A stretch of 63,402 nt of DNA, filler included, from Chiloscyllium plagiosum (taxonomy: Eukaryota): NCBI RefSeq assembly GCF_004010195.1. It is 4 parts of one record of this genome, joined end to end, with 100 filler letters (N's around TTAATTAATTAA, not from the genome) between each part and the next. Parts side by side here need not be neighbours in the genome. Positions count along the whole stretch, not along the records: positions 28,766 to 51,334 come from NC_057717.1; 3 more parts are not named here. One strand, written 5' to 3'. The notes under the pieces were generated by a model, which ran no database searches, was not told the origin of the DNA, and saw only the letters and a list, made by a program, of their open reading frames with translations. The position numbers were made by a program, and so were the translations under genes. Below, in pieces: positions 36,915-49,905 of this stretch (position 1 is its first letter; each line of letters begins with the position of its first letter).

Positions 36915-38450
36915 TAGGTGTATCGACGAACTCTATGAGAAGCTAAGAAAGAGATTGGTGGGCCATTTGCTGAGATATTTTCACCTTCCATAACCACAGG
37001 GGAGGTGCTTGACGATATAAGTTGGCGAACATGGTTCCATTATTCAACAAACTGGAAAGGAAAAGCCAGGAAATAGTGGATCAGTGCGGGTGATACCGAT
37101 GGTAGGCTTTTTTGTCAAGGGTATGGGTGGAGGGTTGCTTTCCGGACTGAGGACTTGTGATCAATAGTATACCGCATAGATCGTGCTGGATCCACTGGCT
37201 TTCGTCATTTATATAAATGTTTTCGATAAAATTGAGCATGTATGTTCAGTCAGTTTGCAGATGACACCGAAATTGGTGGTGTTGTTGGACAACAAAGACG
37301 GTTACTTCTGATTGCAATGAGATCTTAAGTAGATGGGCAAATGAACCAAGGATTGGTAGATGGAGTCTAATTGAGTTTCTGCAGTTTGGAAACGCAAATC
37401 AGCGTAAGACCAATACACTTAATGGGAAGGACATGCAGAGTGTTGCTGAACAAAGACCTTGGCTTGCAGGTAACAGTTAGTTGAAAATATAGTAGCATCT
37501 GATAGAATAGTGAAGAAGGTGTTTGATATGTTTTCGTTTATTGGTCAGAAAATTGAGAACAGGGGTTAGGAGGTCATAATGCAGCTGTACAAGACTTGCT
37601 TAGACCTCTTTTAGGATACTGTGAGCAATTCTGTTCTCCCTGCTATAGGAGTGATGTAATGAAATTCGCAAGTGTTCAGAGAAGACTAACAAGGATGTCA
37701 CCAGTGTTGGAAGATCGGAGTTATAGGCAAAGACTGTATATGCCGATGCTATTTTCCCTGGAGCATTAGAACGTGAAGGGTGACCTTACGGTTTCAGAAA
37801 ATCATGTGTTTCTCGGATAGAATGAATAGCCAAATCTTTACCTAGGGGTAGCGCAGTCCAAGACAAGAGGGCATAGGTTTAAACTGAGAGAGAATTGACT
37901 TTACAGGGATCTAAGGCGCAACATAGTCACATCGAAGTGGTGCATGTGCAAGCAGCTGACACAGGAAGTCACAGAAGCTGATGCACTTACAACCTTTATA
38001 AGACAACTTGATGCGTGGCACGGTGGCACAGTGGTTAGCACTGCTTCCTCACAGCGCCAGAGACCTTGGTTCAATTCCTGCCTTAAGCAACTGGCAGTGT
38101 GGAGTCTGCACATTCTCCCCGTGTCTGCGTGGGTTTCCTCCGGGTGCTCAGGTTTCCTCCCACAGTCCAAAAAAATGTGCAGGTTAGATGAATTGGCTAT
38201 GTTAAATTACCCGTAATGTTAGGTGAATGGGAAAATGTAGGGAAATGAGTTTGGCTGGGTTGCTCTTAGGAGGGTCGATGAGGACTCCTTGGACCGAAGG
38301 CCTGTTTCCACGCTGTAAGTAATCCAACCTAATGATTGGGACAGTGTGAGAGGGATGTGGACAACTGATGTCAAATTAATTTAGGATAACTGGTCGACAG
38401 GGATGGTTGGACTGAAGGGAGTTTTTCCATGCTATACAGTTCTATGACTC
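36915..38450 (+). mobile_element. CR1 LINE RT to 3' end, interrupted by an HE1 SINE
   Basis: FADDTEIGG; MQLYKT; tail TTCTATGACTCT. Confidence 0.8.
38014..38333 (+). mobile_element. HE1-type tRNA-derived V-SINE
   Basis: GGTGGCACAGTGGTTAGCACTG (A box), GGTTCAATTCC (B box), V-domain GTGTCTGCGTGGGTTTCCTCCGGGTGCTC, and a CR1-like tail. Confidence 0.9.
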
Positions 38451-38459
38451 TGTCTGTCT

Positions 38460-38840
38460 TGTCAAGGATTCTCCTTTCATCTTAAAACTAGCCTCTTAGT
38501 CTTAAAATCACACACCCGAAGAACAGACAATTGATATTCAACAGAATCTATATTCCTCATTGTTTTATAAGCCTCGATCAGGTCACCTCTCAACCTGCGC
38601 TGCAGCAGAAAACGTTCCAGCCAGTCCAGCCTCTCCTTATAACTCTAACACACCATTCCTGGTAAATCGTATCTGAATCCTTCCCAAAATAAAAATAAAC
38701 ATCCTCAATATAACAGGGCGACTAATACTGCACATGGTACTCCGGGAGAGGCCTCATCAATGTCCTGTAAAACCTCAACATAACATCCCAACTCTTATAC
38801 CCAAAGTTATGAACAACAAAACCAAGTGAGCCAAAGACCT
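38460..38840 (-). mobile_element. CR1 LINE 3' coding fragment
   Basis: Reverse complement gives the LEYHVQY.SP and RLRGDLIEAYKTMR region. Confidence 0.75.
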
Positions 38841-38844
38841 TCAC

Positions 38845-41580
38845 CGTTATTGCTATTTTGGAGACTTGGTTGAGTGAAGGGCAGTTTTTGACAGCTAAAT
38901 ATGCCAGGGTACCAATGTTTCAGACGTGTAGAGTGGGAGGTAAAAGGGGAGGAGGAGTTGATTTACTCGTCAGAGAGGATATCACAGCTGTGCTGAAGCA
39001 AAACGACACTATGGAAGACTCGAGTGGTGATTAATGTGGGCAGAGTTTATTGGAATAAAGTTGGAGCTGTACTACAGGCCTCCCAAATGCGAGCGTGAGA
39101 TAGAGATGCAACTATATGAACAGATTATGGAAAGTTGTAGGAGAAACAGGGTAGTGGTGATAGGAGATTTTAACTTTCCCAACATTTACAGGGAATCATT
39201 TACTGTTAAAAGTCTGGAATGGCTAAGAATTTGTAAGGAGCAGCCAGGAGGGTTTTCCAAATCAGTATGTAAATAGTCCAACTCGGGACGGGGCTACACC
39301 TGACCTGGTGTTGGGGAATGAGCCCGGCCAGGTGATTGAACTTTCAGTCGGGGGTTGCCTTGGGAGTAGTGATCACAATTTCGTAAGTTTTAGAATATTC
39401 ATGAACAAAGACGAGAGTGGTCCTAAATGAAGAAAGCTAAGTTGCGGGAATGTTATTGATTACAACATTCGATAGGAGCTGGGGACGTAGATTGGTAGCA
39501 ACTGTCTGCAGTTAAATCCATGTTTGATATGCAGGAGACATTACAAGCGAAGTTTATTAGAGTTCAGAGAGATATGTTCCTATGAAAATGAGGGATATAG
39601 TGGCAAATTACGGAAGCATGGATGACAGGTGAAATTGTGAGACTAGCTAAAAGGAAAGATAAAGTGTACAAAAGGTCTCGGCGACTGAAGATCGATGAAG
39701 CTTGGGAAGAATATTGGGAATGTAGGGCCAAACTGAAACGAGTAATTAAGAAGGCTAAAAGGGTACAGGAGATATCTTCAGCAAATAGGTTTAAGGAAAA
39801 TCCCAAAGCCTGCTACTCACATATAAGAAGCAAGGGGGTAACTAGAGAAAAGGTTGACCTACACAAGGACAGAGGGGGACAGTTACCTATGGAGGCAGAG
39901 AAAATAGGCGAGATTCTTGACGATACTGTGCATTTGTATTAACCGAGGAGAGTGGCATTACAGTTGTTGAGGTTCTGGATAGATGTTTGGTTACTCTAGG
40001 TCAAGTCGGCATAAGGAAGGGAGAAATGTTGGGTGCTCTTCAAAGAATGAAGATGGACAAGTCCCTCGGTCCGGATGGGAACTATCCCAGGCTACTGAGG
40101 TAAGCAAGAGAGGAAATAGCTGAGGCCTTAACAGATATAATTACAGCATCATTCAAAACGGGTGAGGTCCCGAAGAGCAGAGAAATGTTAATGTTATCCC
40201 CTAGCTCGAGAAGGGTAGCAGGGATAATCCAGGAAATTATAGACCAGTAAACCTGATGTCCGTGACAGTGAAGCTGCTGGAGATGATACTGAGCGGTAGG
40301 ATTGATTCCAGTTTGGAAGAACATGAGCTTATGATTGATAAGCTGCATGGTTTTGTGCTGGGAAGTTCATGTCTTTATCACCTTAATATAATTCGAAAAG
40401 AAAGTGACAAAGTTGATTGATAACGGAAGGGCTGTAGATATCATTTACATTGACGTCAGGCATTCGATAAGGTTGCCTATTGTAAGCTGATGGAAAAGGT
40501 GCAGCCGTTAGGAGTCCAAGGTGTACGAGCTCGATGGATTGAGAGCTAATTGGACAACAGGTGAAAGCGTAGTGGTGATGTGAGTTTCGCAACAAGGAGA
40601 CCTGTGACAAAGAGAGATCTGTGCTGGGACCATTGTTGTTTTTGACATGCATAAATCACTTTGGAGTAAAACGTAAATTGCTTGATGAGCACGTTTATGG
40701 ATTACACTGTAACTGGCAAAGTAGCAGATAGTGAAATGGACTGTCAGTGAATAAAGCAGAATCTAGATACAATTTGAGTTCTGGGCAGAGAAAACGCAGA
40801 TAGAACTCAATCTGGAAAATGCGAGGTGATGCATTTTTGAAGATCCAAATCAAGAGCAAACAATTGAGTAGAAGGAAATGTCCTGTGGAATATTGATTTG
40901 CGGTGAGATCTGGCTTCTCAGGTTAATTGTTCTCTGAAGTTGGCAACGTAGGTTAGTAAAGTGGTGAGGAAAGCATACGGCTTGTTTTCCTTCATCGGAC
41001 GGGATATTGAGTACATGAGTTGGCATGTAATGTTACAGTTGTATAAGACTTTGGTTCAGCCACATTTGCAAATTTGCGTACAGTTCTGTTCGCCAAATTT
41101 ACCCAAAGAATATGAATACTTTGGAGAGGACGCAGAGGAGGTTAAACACGATGTTGCCTGGTATGGAGAGCGCTAGCTATGAAGGGATTTGGAATAGATT
41201 AGGATTGGGGGATCTGATTGAGGTCTGCAAAATCATGAGGGGTGTACACAGGGTGGATAGCAAGAAGATTTTTTCCCAGAGTGGGGGACTCAATTACTGG
41301 GGATCACAAATTCAATGTGAGAGGCAAAGGTTTAGGGGAGATATGCGTGGAAACCTTTTCACGCAGAGGGTGGTCAGAGCCTGGAACAGGTTGCCAGCGG
41401 AGGTGGTGGGGTGGAAAAGGTCGCATCAAGTGAAATGCATCTGGACAGATCCATTTCTTGAGCAGGGAGCAAAGGGATACAGACCCTGAGTTAATAAACG
41501 ACAGGTTCACATTGCCGTTTTGCATTGGCTGTGAGGACTGAAGGGCAGTTCCTGCGCTGTTAGTTTCTTTGTAATTTTTT
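38845..41580 (+). mobile_element. CR1 LINE ORF2 (EN, RT, 3' end), decayed
   Basis: YYRPP; VIGDFNFP; WMTGEI; LYKTLVQPHL; FTQRVVRAWNRLP. Confidence 0.9.
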
Positions 41581-43680
41581 TACTTCTATACATTTCTTCA
41601 TTTTCGAAGTAACCTTTGTTTTCCTAATTAATTAAACTCTGACCATCTCTGCTTTAAGCGTACTTAATAACCAAGTCTCTACAGCCCTTTGCAGTACGTA
41701 ATTCCCATAGTTTCACTACCTTCTGAATAAAAAGATTCCTCTTCTTCTCCATCATGAATCAATGAGCCCTGTCTTGGGATTTTATGCAACCTGGTTACAG
41801 ATTCGTGCAAAGCGAAAGCAAAAGAAGTACTAATGTTAATGATTGAGACTGAGGTTATGGATGTTGTCCACATTGAGAAACACCACAGGCCACATACCTC
41901 CAGTCAGAAATACACCGTTCCACATTCCTCTGTCTCCTATGACCAATAAAAACTCTGTGTCTGACTAAACAAACACCATGCATTGCGATTTGAACTTCTT
42001 GACCAACCTGACAGTTTCCAATGTTTTTTTTTAATTCAAAGATCTGTTATGCGATTTCTATTTGTAATTTACATAAATGATAAAGATGAATATGTCAGCG
42101 ATCTGACGAGTANNNNNNNNNNNNNNNNNNNNNNNNNNNNNNNNNNNNNNNNNNNNNNNNNNNNNNNNNNNNNNNNNNNNNNNNNNNNNNNNNNNNNNNN
42201 NNNNNNNNNNNNNNNNNNNNNNNNNNNNNNNNNNNNNNNNNNNNNNNNNNNNNNNNNNNNNNNNNNNNNNNNNNNNNNNNNNNNNNNNNNNNNNNNNNNN
42301 NNNNNNNNNNNNNNNNNNNNNNNNNNNNNNNNNNNNNNNNNNNNNNNNNNNNNNNNNNNNNNNNNNNNNNNNNNNNNNNNNNNNNNNNNNNNNNNNNNNN
42401 NNNNNNNNNNNNNNNNNNNNNNNNNNNNNNNNNNNNNNNNNNNNNNNNNNNNNNNNNNNNNNNNNNNNNNNNNNNNNNNNNNNNNNNNNNNNNNNNNNNN
42501 NNNNNNNNNNNNNNNNNNNNNNNNNNNNNNNNNNNNNNNNNNNNNNNNNNNNNNNNNNNNNNNNNNNNNNNNNNNNNNNNNNNNNNNNNNNNNNNNNNNN
42601 NNNNNNNNNNNNTGTGTTCCCAGAGATGTTCCCTGTTTCCATTGAACTACGATGCATTTAGTCGCAGACGGTGATAACTTCCCATAACTTTGTTTTTGTT
42701 CTTTTTTCAAATTTATAGAATAAATTTCGAAACTCCACTGCAGATCACTGCAATCGACAAGTAATCATTAGTGCATACAACACATCCATTTTTTGGACCA
42801 CATCCCTTGATATTCATCTTAATTCTGCACAAGAAAACTATTGACTCAGAAGATGACGGAAGCATTATGTTTCCATTATTTCACTGGTCATGAGTTTCAG
42901 GATCATATCATCTGTTGCCTTTCAGCGAAATGCAATCACTGATTCTTTTGTGTGCGTGTTTGTGTGTGTGTGTGTGTGTGCGCGCGCACGCGCGCATGTG
43001 TGTGTACAATAAATTCTTTTTTTTAAAGAGAAATTTTCATGACAGCACAACACCTTATTTAGAATAGAATTTCCCCTTTAAATGCAACATGAGCGTTTTG
43101 GGCAGTTGAAAAAAAAAGCTTTATGGAAGTCATCAACGTGATCAGGAATCCTCAGGATCACACATGTTCGCAGCTATTTTGTGAATCTGACATAATATCA
43201 TCAAAGTTTAAATCCTAACTTCCTGGTCTGGTGGTAGCTCTCCAAATATATAGAGTTGCAACAGAATGCTTCAAATCTACCATTCAATGCAATACCGTTA
43301 AAAGGAAAAAAAAAATTACTACCAACTACTCAAATCTTATTTTCATCAAATTTATTCCCTCTCTCCCTAAAACTGCTTGGGAAGTATCAGACTGAGCAGC
43401 CATCTGTTGTTGTTTGAACCCTCGTATGGTCAGATCGTATAATTGCACTAGAACATAAACAGTCTGTTTTTGCATTACCTTCACATTGTGTCCTGCAAAA
43501 ACCCCACACAGTTTGAAATTAAAGATGTCAAACCGCCTAATACCCTACAAGAATAGGCAGCAAATATCACAAGACAGTTCGTTTTGTGAAAATTATATTG
43601 TAGCTGGCAAACCTTTTGAATTTATTTGAGAATAAAAACAATTATCCAGATAACGTTAAAGCAATGTATCTGAAATTACC

Positions 43681-43936
43681 TACAGTATGGAAACAGGCCC
43701 TTCGGCCAAACTAGTCCACACCGACCCTCCGAAGAGCAACCCACCCAGACCAATTTCCCTCTGACTGATGCACCGAACACCATGGACAATTTAGCATCGC
43801 CGATTCACCTGCCCTACACTTCGTTAGACTGTGGGAGGAAAAAGAGTGAATATGCAAACTCAACACAGACAATCACCCAAAGCTGGAATCCTGGTGTTGT
43901 GAGGCAACAGTGCTAACCACTGAGCCACCGTGCCAC
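43681..43936 (-). mobile_element. HE1-type SINE, internally deleted
   Basis: Reverse complement starts GTGGCACGGTGGCTCAGTGGTTAGCACTG, with tail GAAGGGCCTGTTTCCATACTGTA. Confidence 0.85.
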
Positions 43937-44809
43937 AATTGACTCTTTACAAGTTGTTTAATAAGGTACCAAACATTAGTTTACGTATTAGCATAATAGA
44001 ACATACAGATTCTAGTCGGCAGTATATTTGCATACAACACAAAATGATTAATGAACAGATAAAAGATTGGCAGGAATATTGGCACACATTCACTATGGAT
44101 GTTTTCACGTTTCGGATAATGCAAATAGATGTACTATGAGATATTTTTGCTGGAACATAATAATAGGTAGGCGTGAGGGGCAAGTTCAGAGGATGGCATA
44201 GCGAGATTACAGCGAGATACAGGCAGGTGAAGCGTTTGGAAAACAAACAACGCAGATACAAATGGCGTGGTGGTGGGAATGTGAGGTTACACAAAATGAC
44301 ACTAAAATTAAACAACTGATAATTATGTGAATCAGAAAACAGAGTAGAAAACTTAACATAGCTGAAAATGTGTTGCTGGAAAAGCGCAGCAGGTCAGGCA
44401 GCATCCAAGGAACAGGAGAATCGACGTTTCGGGCATAAGCCCTTCTTCAGGAATTGCTGAAAACTACAACGTTAACATTCTTAATTAACTTGAAAATATT
44501 TTACAGGAACAGAAATTTCGTTTTACTGTGCCCAAGCATTACATTAGTTTGTGTAACTCGGAGGGAACTACAAATTTTGACAGAGGTTTAGATGAAGAAT
44601 TTAGATATCATGAGCATATGATTAAATCTGTCCGGCAGTCCATCACATGTAAGACTTTCTCTTGTGTTATTTCATTTTCTATATTTTAATAGCCGTCTGG
44701 ATTCAATATATCATTGGAAATTCAGAAGAGAAGACGAAACCAAATGACTGCTGTTACCAAGCAGACTTATGCGTGATTTCACAAAATATTTTCCTTTACC
44801 AGATTTTTA

Positions 44810-47800
44810 TCCGGTCTGGGTGCAATTGGACAATGAGAGGAGGTGACGTGGAGATCAGGAGGAGTCGGGAAGATAAGGACTTCGTACATATTTGGGCAGC
44901 AGCAAAACCCAAAATACTACACGTGTGGTATCTCCTTCCTGCCCAACCACCTCGAACCAGAAGAAAACGACTCTGAAATATCAGGGTTTTTTTCTTTTTC
45001 TTTTCTTTCATATATTTAAGTGCATTGTTTGGTTTTTGTTGATTAATATAAAGCTAAGGCTTACAATTTCAAGGGATCTCAGACTCGTGGCATTCGCCTC
45101 TTGCTTGGTGAGGGAGCTCAGGAACGTGGCTGACGTTCCTGATCCTTACAAATGGAAGACGTGTGTCCAGCTGTGGCTCATGTTTGACAGCGTGACGGGA
45201 CTCGAGCTGCGGATGGACTCACTGTGCAGAATCCGCGATTCTGAGGAGGTCATGGATAGCACGTTCAGTGGACTGGTCACGCAGCAGGTTAGAATTGCTG
45301 AGGGAAACAGTGAATGGGTGACAGAAAGGCAGAAAAAGATATGAAGGCAGTGCAGGTGTCCACTGTGGTCAACTCCTTCCAAATCAGGTGTACTGTTTTG
45401 GATACTATTGGTGGAAATTGCTAAATAGGGGAGGGAAGCTATTGGCAAGGTCATGACAGAGTGGCGGTCACTGCTGTTCAGAAGTGAGGGTGGGCTGGAG
45501 GGGCCGGGGGCGCGGGAATGACCCGTAGGGCCATAGTCATAGGGGATTCTATTATAAGGTGAATAGATAGGCGGTTCTGTGGCCAATAACAGGACACTCG
45601 CATGATTTGTTCCCTCCCAGGTGCTCAGGTCAGGTGTGTCACCAATCGGCCGCTGACCATTCTAAAGGGGGAGGTTGAACAGCCAGTTGTCGTGGTGCAT
45701 ATAGGCACCAACAATACAGGTGAAAGAAAGGTGAATTCCTGAAACCAGAATTCATGGAGCTAGGAGAGAAGTTAATAAGGAGGACATCAAAGATAGTGAT
45801 CGCGGGATTAAAACCACTGCCACGTGCTAGCCAGCGGAGAAATGAAAACAAAATAGGCTGGATGAACACGTGGCTTGTGGGATGGTATAGCAGAGAGGGG
45901 TTCAGACTTATTGGTCTATGGGATGGGTCCTGGGGAAGGTGGCACTATTGCAAATTGGACGGTGCACATCTGAACCACACTGAAGCTAATGTTCTTGGAG
46001 GAGTTTCTGCTATTGCTATTGGGGAAGTTTTTAGCTAAGGTGGCAGTGAGCTGGGCAGCAGAAAAGAAGACAAGTAGACAGCGTGGTGGAAACTTCAGAC
46101 TGTAAGAATCATGAAGATGTCATTAATAAGGGGAAGAGTAGACATATAGCAGATGAATGCAAAAGAACTGGTGACCTGACGTTCATATACTTTAATGCAA
46201 GGAGTATTGTGGGTAAGGCAGATAAACTTAGGGCTTGGATTGGTACCTAGGAGTATAATGTTGCTGCAATCGCAGAGAGTTGGTTGAAGGACGGGCAGGA
46301 TTGGCAACTAAATCTTGCAAGATATAGGCCTTTCAGACAGGACAGGGAGGGAAGTAAATGGGGATGGGGACAAGTTGCATTGCTGATCACGGCTGATATC
46401 ACGTCTCTACTAAAGGAGGACACTATGGAGGGCTAGAGTAGTTAGGCATTGTCGGTGGAGCTGAGAAATACAAGAGGGTGCATTTACATTGTTAGGGTTG
46501 TATTACAGGCTTCTCAATAGCGAGCGTGACGTAGAAGAACAAATTGGTAAACAGATTATGGAAAGATGTAGAAGCAACAGGATAGTCGTGATGTGAGATT
46601 TTATTTTTGCCAGCATCCACAGGTCTGGATGGGGCAACATTTGTAAAGAGTGTTCAGGAGAGTTTTCCAGAGCTGTATGCCAATATTCTGACGAGGGAAG
46701 GGGCCATATTGGACTTGGTGTCGGGGAATAAGCCAGGCTGGGTGGTAGAAGTCGCGGTGTGGGATTTATTTGTGAACAGTGACAACAATTCTGTAAGATT
46801 TAGAATACTTGTAGACAAAGATGTGAGTGGTCGTAAGGGAAGAGGACTAAACTCGGACAAGGCCAATTGCATCAAGATTTGGCAGGAGCTTGGAACTGTT
46901 GATTAGGAGGAGCTATTTGAAGTGAGGTCCATATTTGATATGTGGGAGGCTTTTAAAGGCAGGTTGAAGATGGTGCATGACAGACATGTCCCGTTGAAAT
47001 TAAAGGACAGGAAAGGCAGGCATGGCGAAACATGGATGACAGGAATAACGGTATGTCTAGACAAGAGGAAAATGCAAGCGCACATTAAGTCCAGGCAGCT
47101 GAAAACAAAACCAGCCATGGAGAAACATAAGAAGAGTAGGACCAAAGGAGAATCAAGCGAGCTAAAAGTCGTCATGAAATAGATTTAGTGAGCAGAATTA
47201 AGGAGAATCCCAAAACCTTTTATTTTAATATAAGAAGGAATCGGCTAACTAGAAAAGAATTAGTCCATTGAAGGAGAATGAAGGAAGGCTGTGTGTCGAA
47301 GCTGAGAGAATGGGTGAGATTCTGAAGGATTATTTTGCATCAGAGATCACGGAGGTTGGGACATAATGAATGTTGAGATTAGAGTCAGACGTTTGATAAC
47401 TCTGAATCACGTTGATTTAAGTAGGGAAGATGCGTTGCGTAGGCCAGATGTTATTAATGTGGACAAATGTCCAAGACCGAATGGGATCAATACCAGGTTG
47501 CTGAGCAAGTGGAGAGAAGAAGTGGTTGGGATCCTGACAGATATCTTTGAAAAATGTTTAAACACAGGTGTGGTGCCAGAGGACTGGAAGTTTGCACATT
47601 TTATCTCCTGTACAAGAATGGTAGTAGGAATATTCTGGCTAACTACAGAGGAATGAGCCTGACGCCAGTGATGGGAAAATTGCTGGAGAAGTAACAGAGG
47701 GATAAAATGTATTTATATTTAGTAAAGAATGGCCTTATCAGTTATGTACAACATGGTTTTGTGCAGGGGAGATCGCGTCTTACCAATGTAATAGAGCTAA

Positions 47801-49004
47801 TTGAGAAAGTGGACAATTTGATAGATGAAGGAAAGGCTGTTAACGTTAAATGCATGGACTTTAGTAAGGCATTTGATAAGATTCCCCATGGTAAACTAAT
47901 AGACAAAGTGTAGTCTCATGGTGTGCTGGGTGTTCTAGTTTGGTAGATAAAGAACTGGTTGACCAACAAGTGACAGAGAATAGTAATTGAAGGGATTTCC
48001 TTGAATGGAGAAAGGTGATCACTGTTGTTCCACAGGGATCAGTGCTGGGGCCACTGCTGTTTGCGACATACAAAAATGAATTGGAAGAGGGCGCTGCTGG
48101 TATATTCAGCAAGTTTGCAGATTACACGGACATTGGTGGAGTATCAGAGAGCATAGGGGACTGTCAAAGAATTTAGGAAAATATAGATCGACTGGAGAGT
48201 TGGGCGGAGAAGTGATAGGTGGAGTTCAGTCCAGTCAAATATGAGGTGATGTATTTTGTGAAGTCCAATTCCAGAGCGAATTATACAATGAACTGAAGAG
48301 CCTTGGGACAAGTTGACATGTAGAGGAAACTGGGAGTGCAAGTCCTTTGTACCCTGAACGTTGCTGCACAGGTGGACAGGTGGCATATGGTATTCTTTTC
48401 TTCATTGGAAGGGGTATTGATTGTAAGAGCAGGCAGGTCATGTTAAAATTGTACACGACGTTTGCTCGGCCACATTTAGAATACTTTGTACATTTCTAGT
48501 CGCCAGATTACCAAAAGGATGTTGCTGCTTTGGAGATGGTGCAGAGACGGTTTACGAGGATGTTTTCTGGTATGGGAGATGCTCGATATGAAGAGAGGTT
48601 GAGTAGGTTAGAATTGTTTTCATTTGCTAAGAGGAGATAGGCTTCACTGTATAGACAGATTAGACAGAGATAAGCTTTTTATTTCCCAACGTGAAGAATT
48701 CAATAAAGAGAGGTCACGCATTCAAGGTGAGAAGTGCAAAGTGTAACGGAATATACTCGGTAAGTACTTTACACAGGGGTTGGTAGGTGCCGAGAACAAG
48801 TTGCCTGCAGAGGTAGTAGAGGCAGACACGGTAGATTCATTTTAGATGCTTCTGGAAAATGCATGAGTCGGTGGGGGACATAGGGATACAGATGATTAGG
48901 AACTGGGCGACAATAGGTTTTGACAATAGATTTGGATCGGCTCAGGCTGGGAGGTTCGAAGGGCATTTTCCTGTGCTGTAAAGTTTCTTTGTACTTTTTT
49001 TCTT
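44810..49004 (+). mobile_element. Near full-length CR1 LINE (5' UTR, ORF1 zinc-finger/leucine-zipper/esterase, ORF2, tail), decayed
   Basis: CVQLWL.FD.V..LELRMDSL; IVIGDSIIR; FNARSI; QHGFVQGRS; MDFSKAFDKIPHGKL; VPQGSVLGPLLF. The 3' tail abuts GPCR exon 2. Confidence 0.9.
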
Positions 49005-49905
49005 TTAATTTCTTGACGACTGTCATCCTGATCTAGAGAATGTGTGCTCTTTCTAATTGTATTATTTGCTACCGCTTGGCTGTGTCTGAAGGGCATTTAC
49101 TCTTAGTTATCATCGATTTGATCATCAGACGCACTCCAATCGTTTATCTGGAGCAGTTTTCTGTCATCAAGCCAGTCCACTTGCACAATATCTGTGATCT
49201 TCTTCTGTATGCATCCATTGACTTTTCCGTCTGGTTCACCGTTACTTTCACATTTGCTCGATTTCTGTCAATTTGTTGCCAAGTTTTCAAATATAAGTAT
49301 TACTCTGAAAGAATCAGCGATTCTAATTTTATTTCCAAAGGTATCCGCATTAAACTGTTGAAAAAAAAAACATGGTGTTTTATGGTAAGTGTTTTTATCG
49401 GCTGTGGATTGAACCATGGTTTACTGAAATAAAGGGCAATGTTGAATTTTCGCATATCTGGGGATGAATCTAATACCTGCATTGCAATCTAACGCCTGGG
49501 ATAACATTTGCCCTGATTCTGCTGTTCAATACTTTAACCATCACTTACATTTTAGTGACTAGCAGATCCCGGAAAAGACTGCATGTTCACAGCGATGGGG
49601 TAAGAAACAGAGACCTACAGATGAATAGCAGAAGGAAAGCCATCGTCCTGTATTTTTTTTTATTTCAGGAAATATCACTCTCTTCTGGACAGTCGTAATG
49701 GTGTACAATATATGGGACCCGATGTGGGAGGTCGGATACCCCGCTTTGTTTCTCGATTATTTCGTACTGGAATTCGGCTTCATGCTGCAGCTCTTGACTT
49801 GTATTTAAGTACACTTATACTTCTGTGGTGACGCAAGCAGAGCTGTGGCATCCGTTTAAAAACATGCTTACGTATTCCTTAACTACAATTTTCAGTCCAT
49901 GTAAT
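49005..49905 (+). pseudogene. Second (main 7TM) exon of a GPR139-like GPCR, pseudogene
   Basis: Reads (V)NFLTTVILI*RMCALSNCIICYRLAVSEGHLLLVIIDLIIRRTPIVY...LLYASIDFSVWFTVTFTFARFLSICCQ...LTPGITFALILLFNTLTITYILVTSRSRKRL...RDLQMNSRRKAIVL...EFGFMLQLLTC. This matches the family pattern CGLSKC.TRYL.AMA..DLL / SVWFTV.FTFDRFVAIC / RRKSI.LL / GFMLQLLSC. Lesions: TAG at 49034-36, DRF to ARF, frame changes near the A10 (49361-70) and T9 (49653-61) runs, and further stops. Confidence 0.9.

Noticed and set aside
38014..38080. tRNA-like A and B boxes
   Set aside because: Head of an HE1-type SINE, not a tRNA gene.
49040..49432. 130-aa ORF as a functional short protein
   Set aside because: Internal fragment of the GPCR pseudo-exon between a stop and a frameshift.
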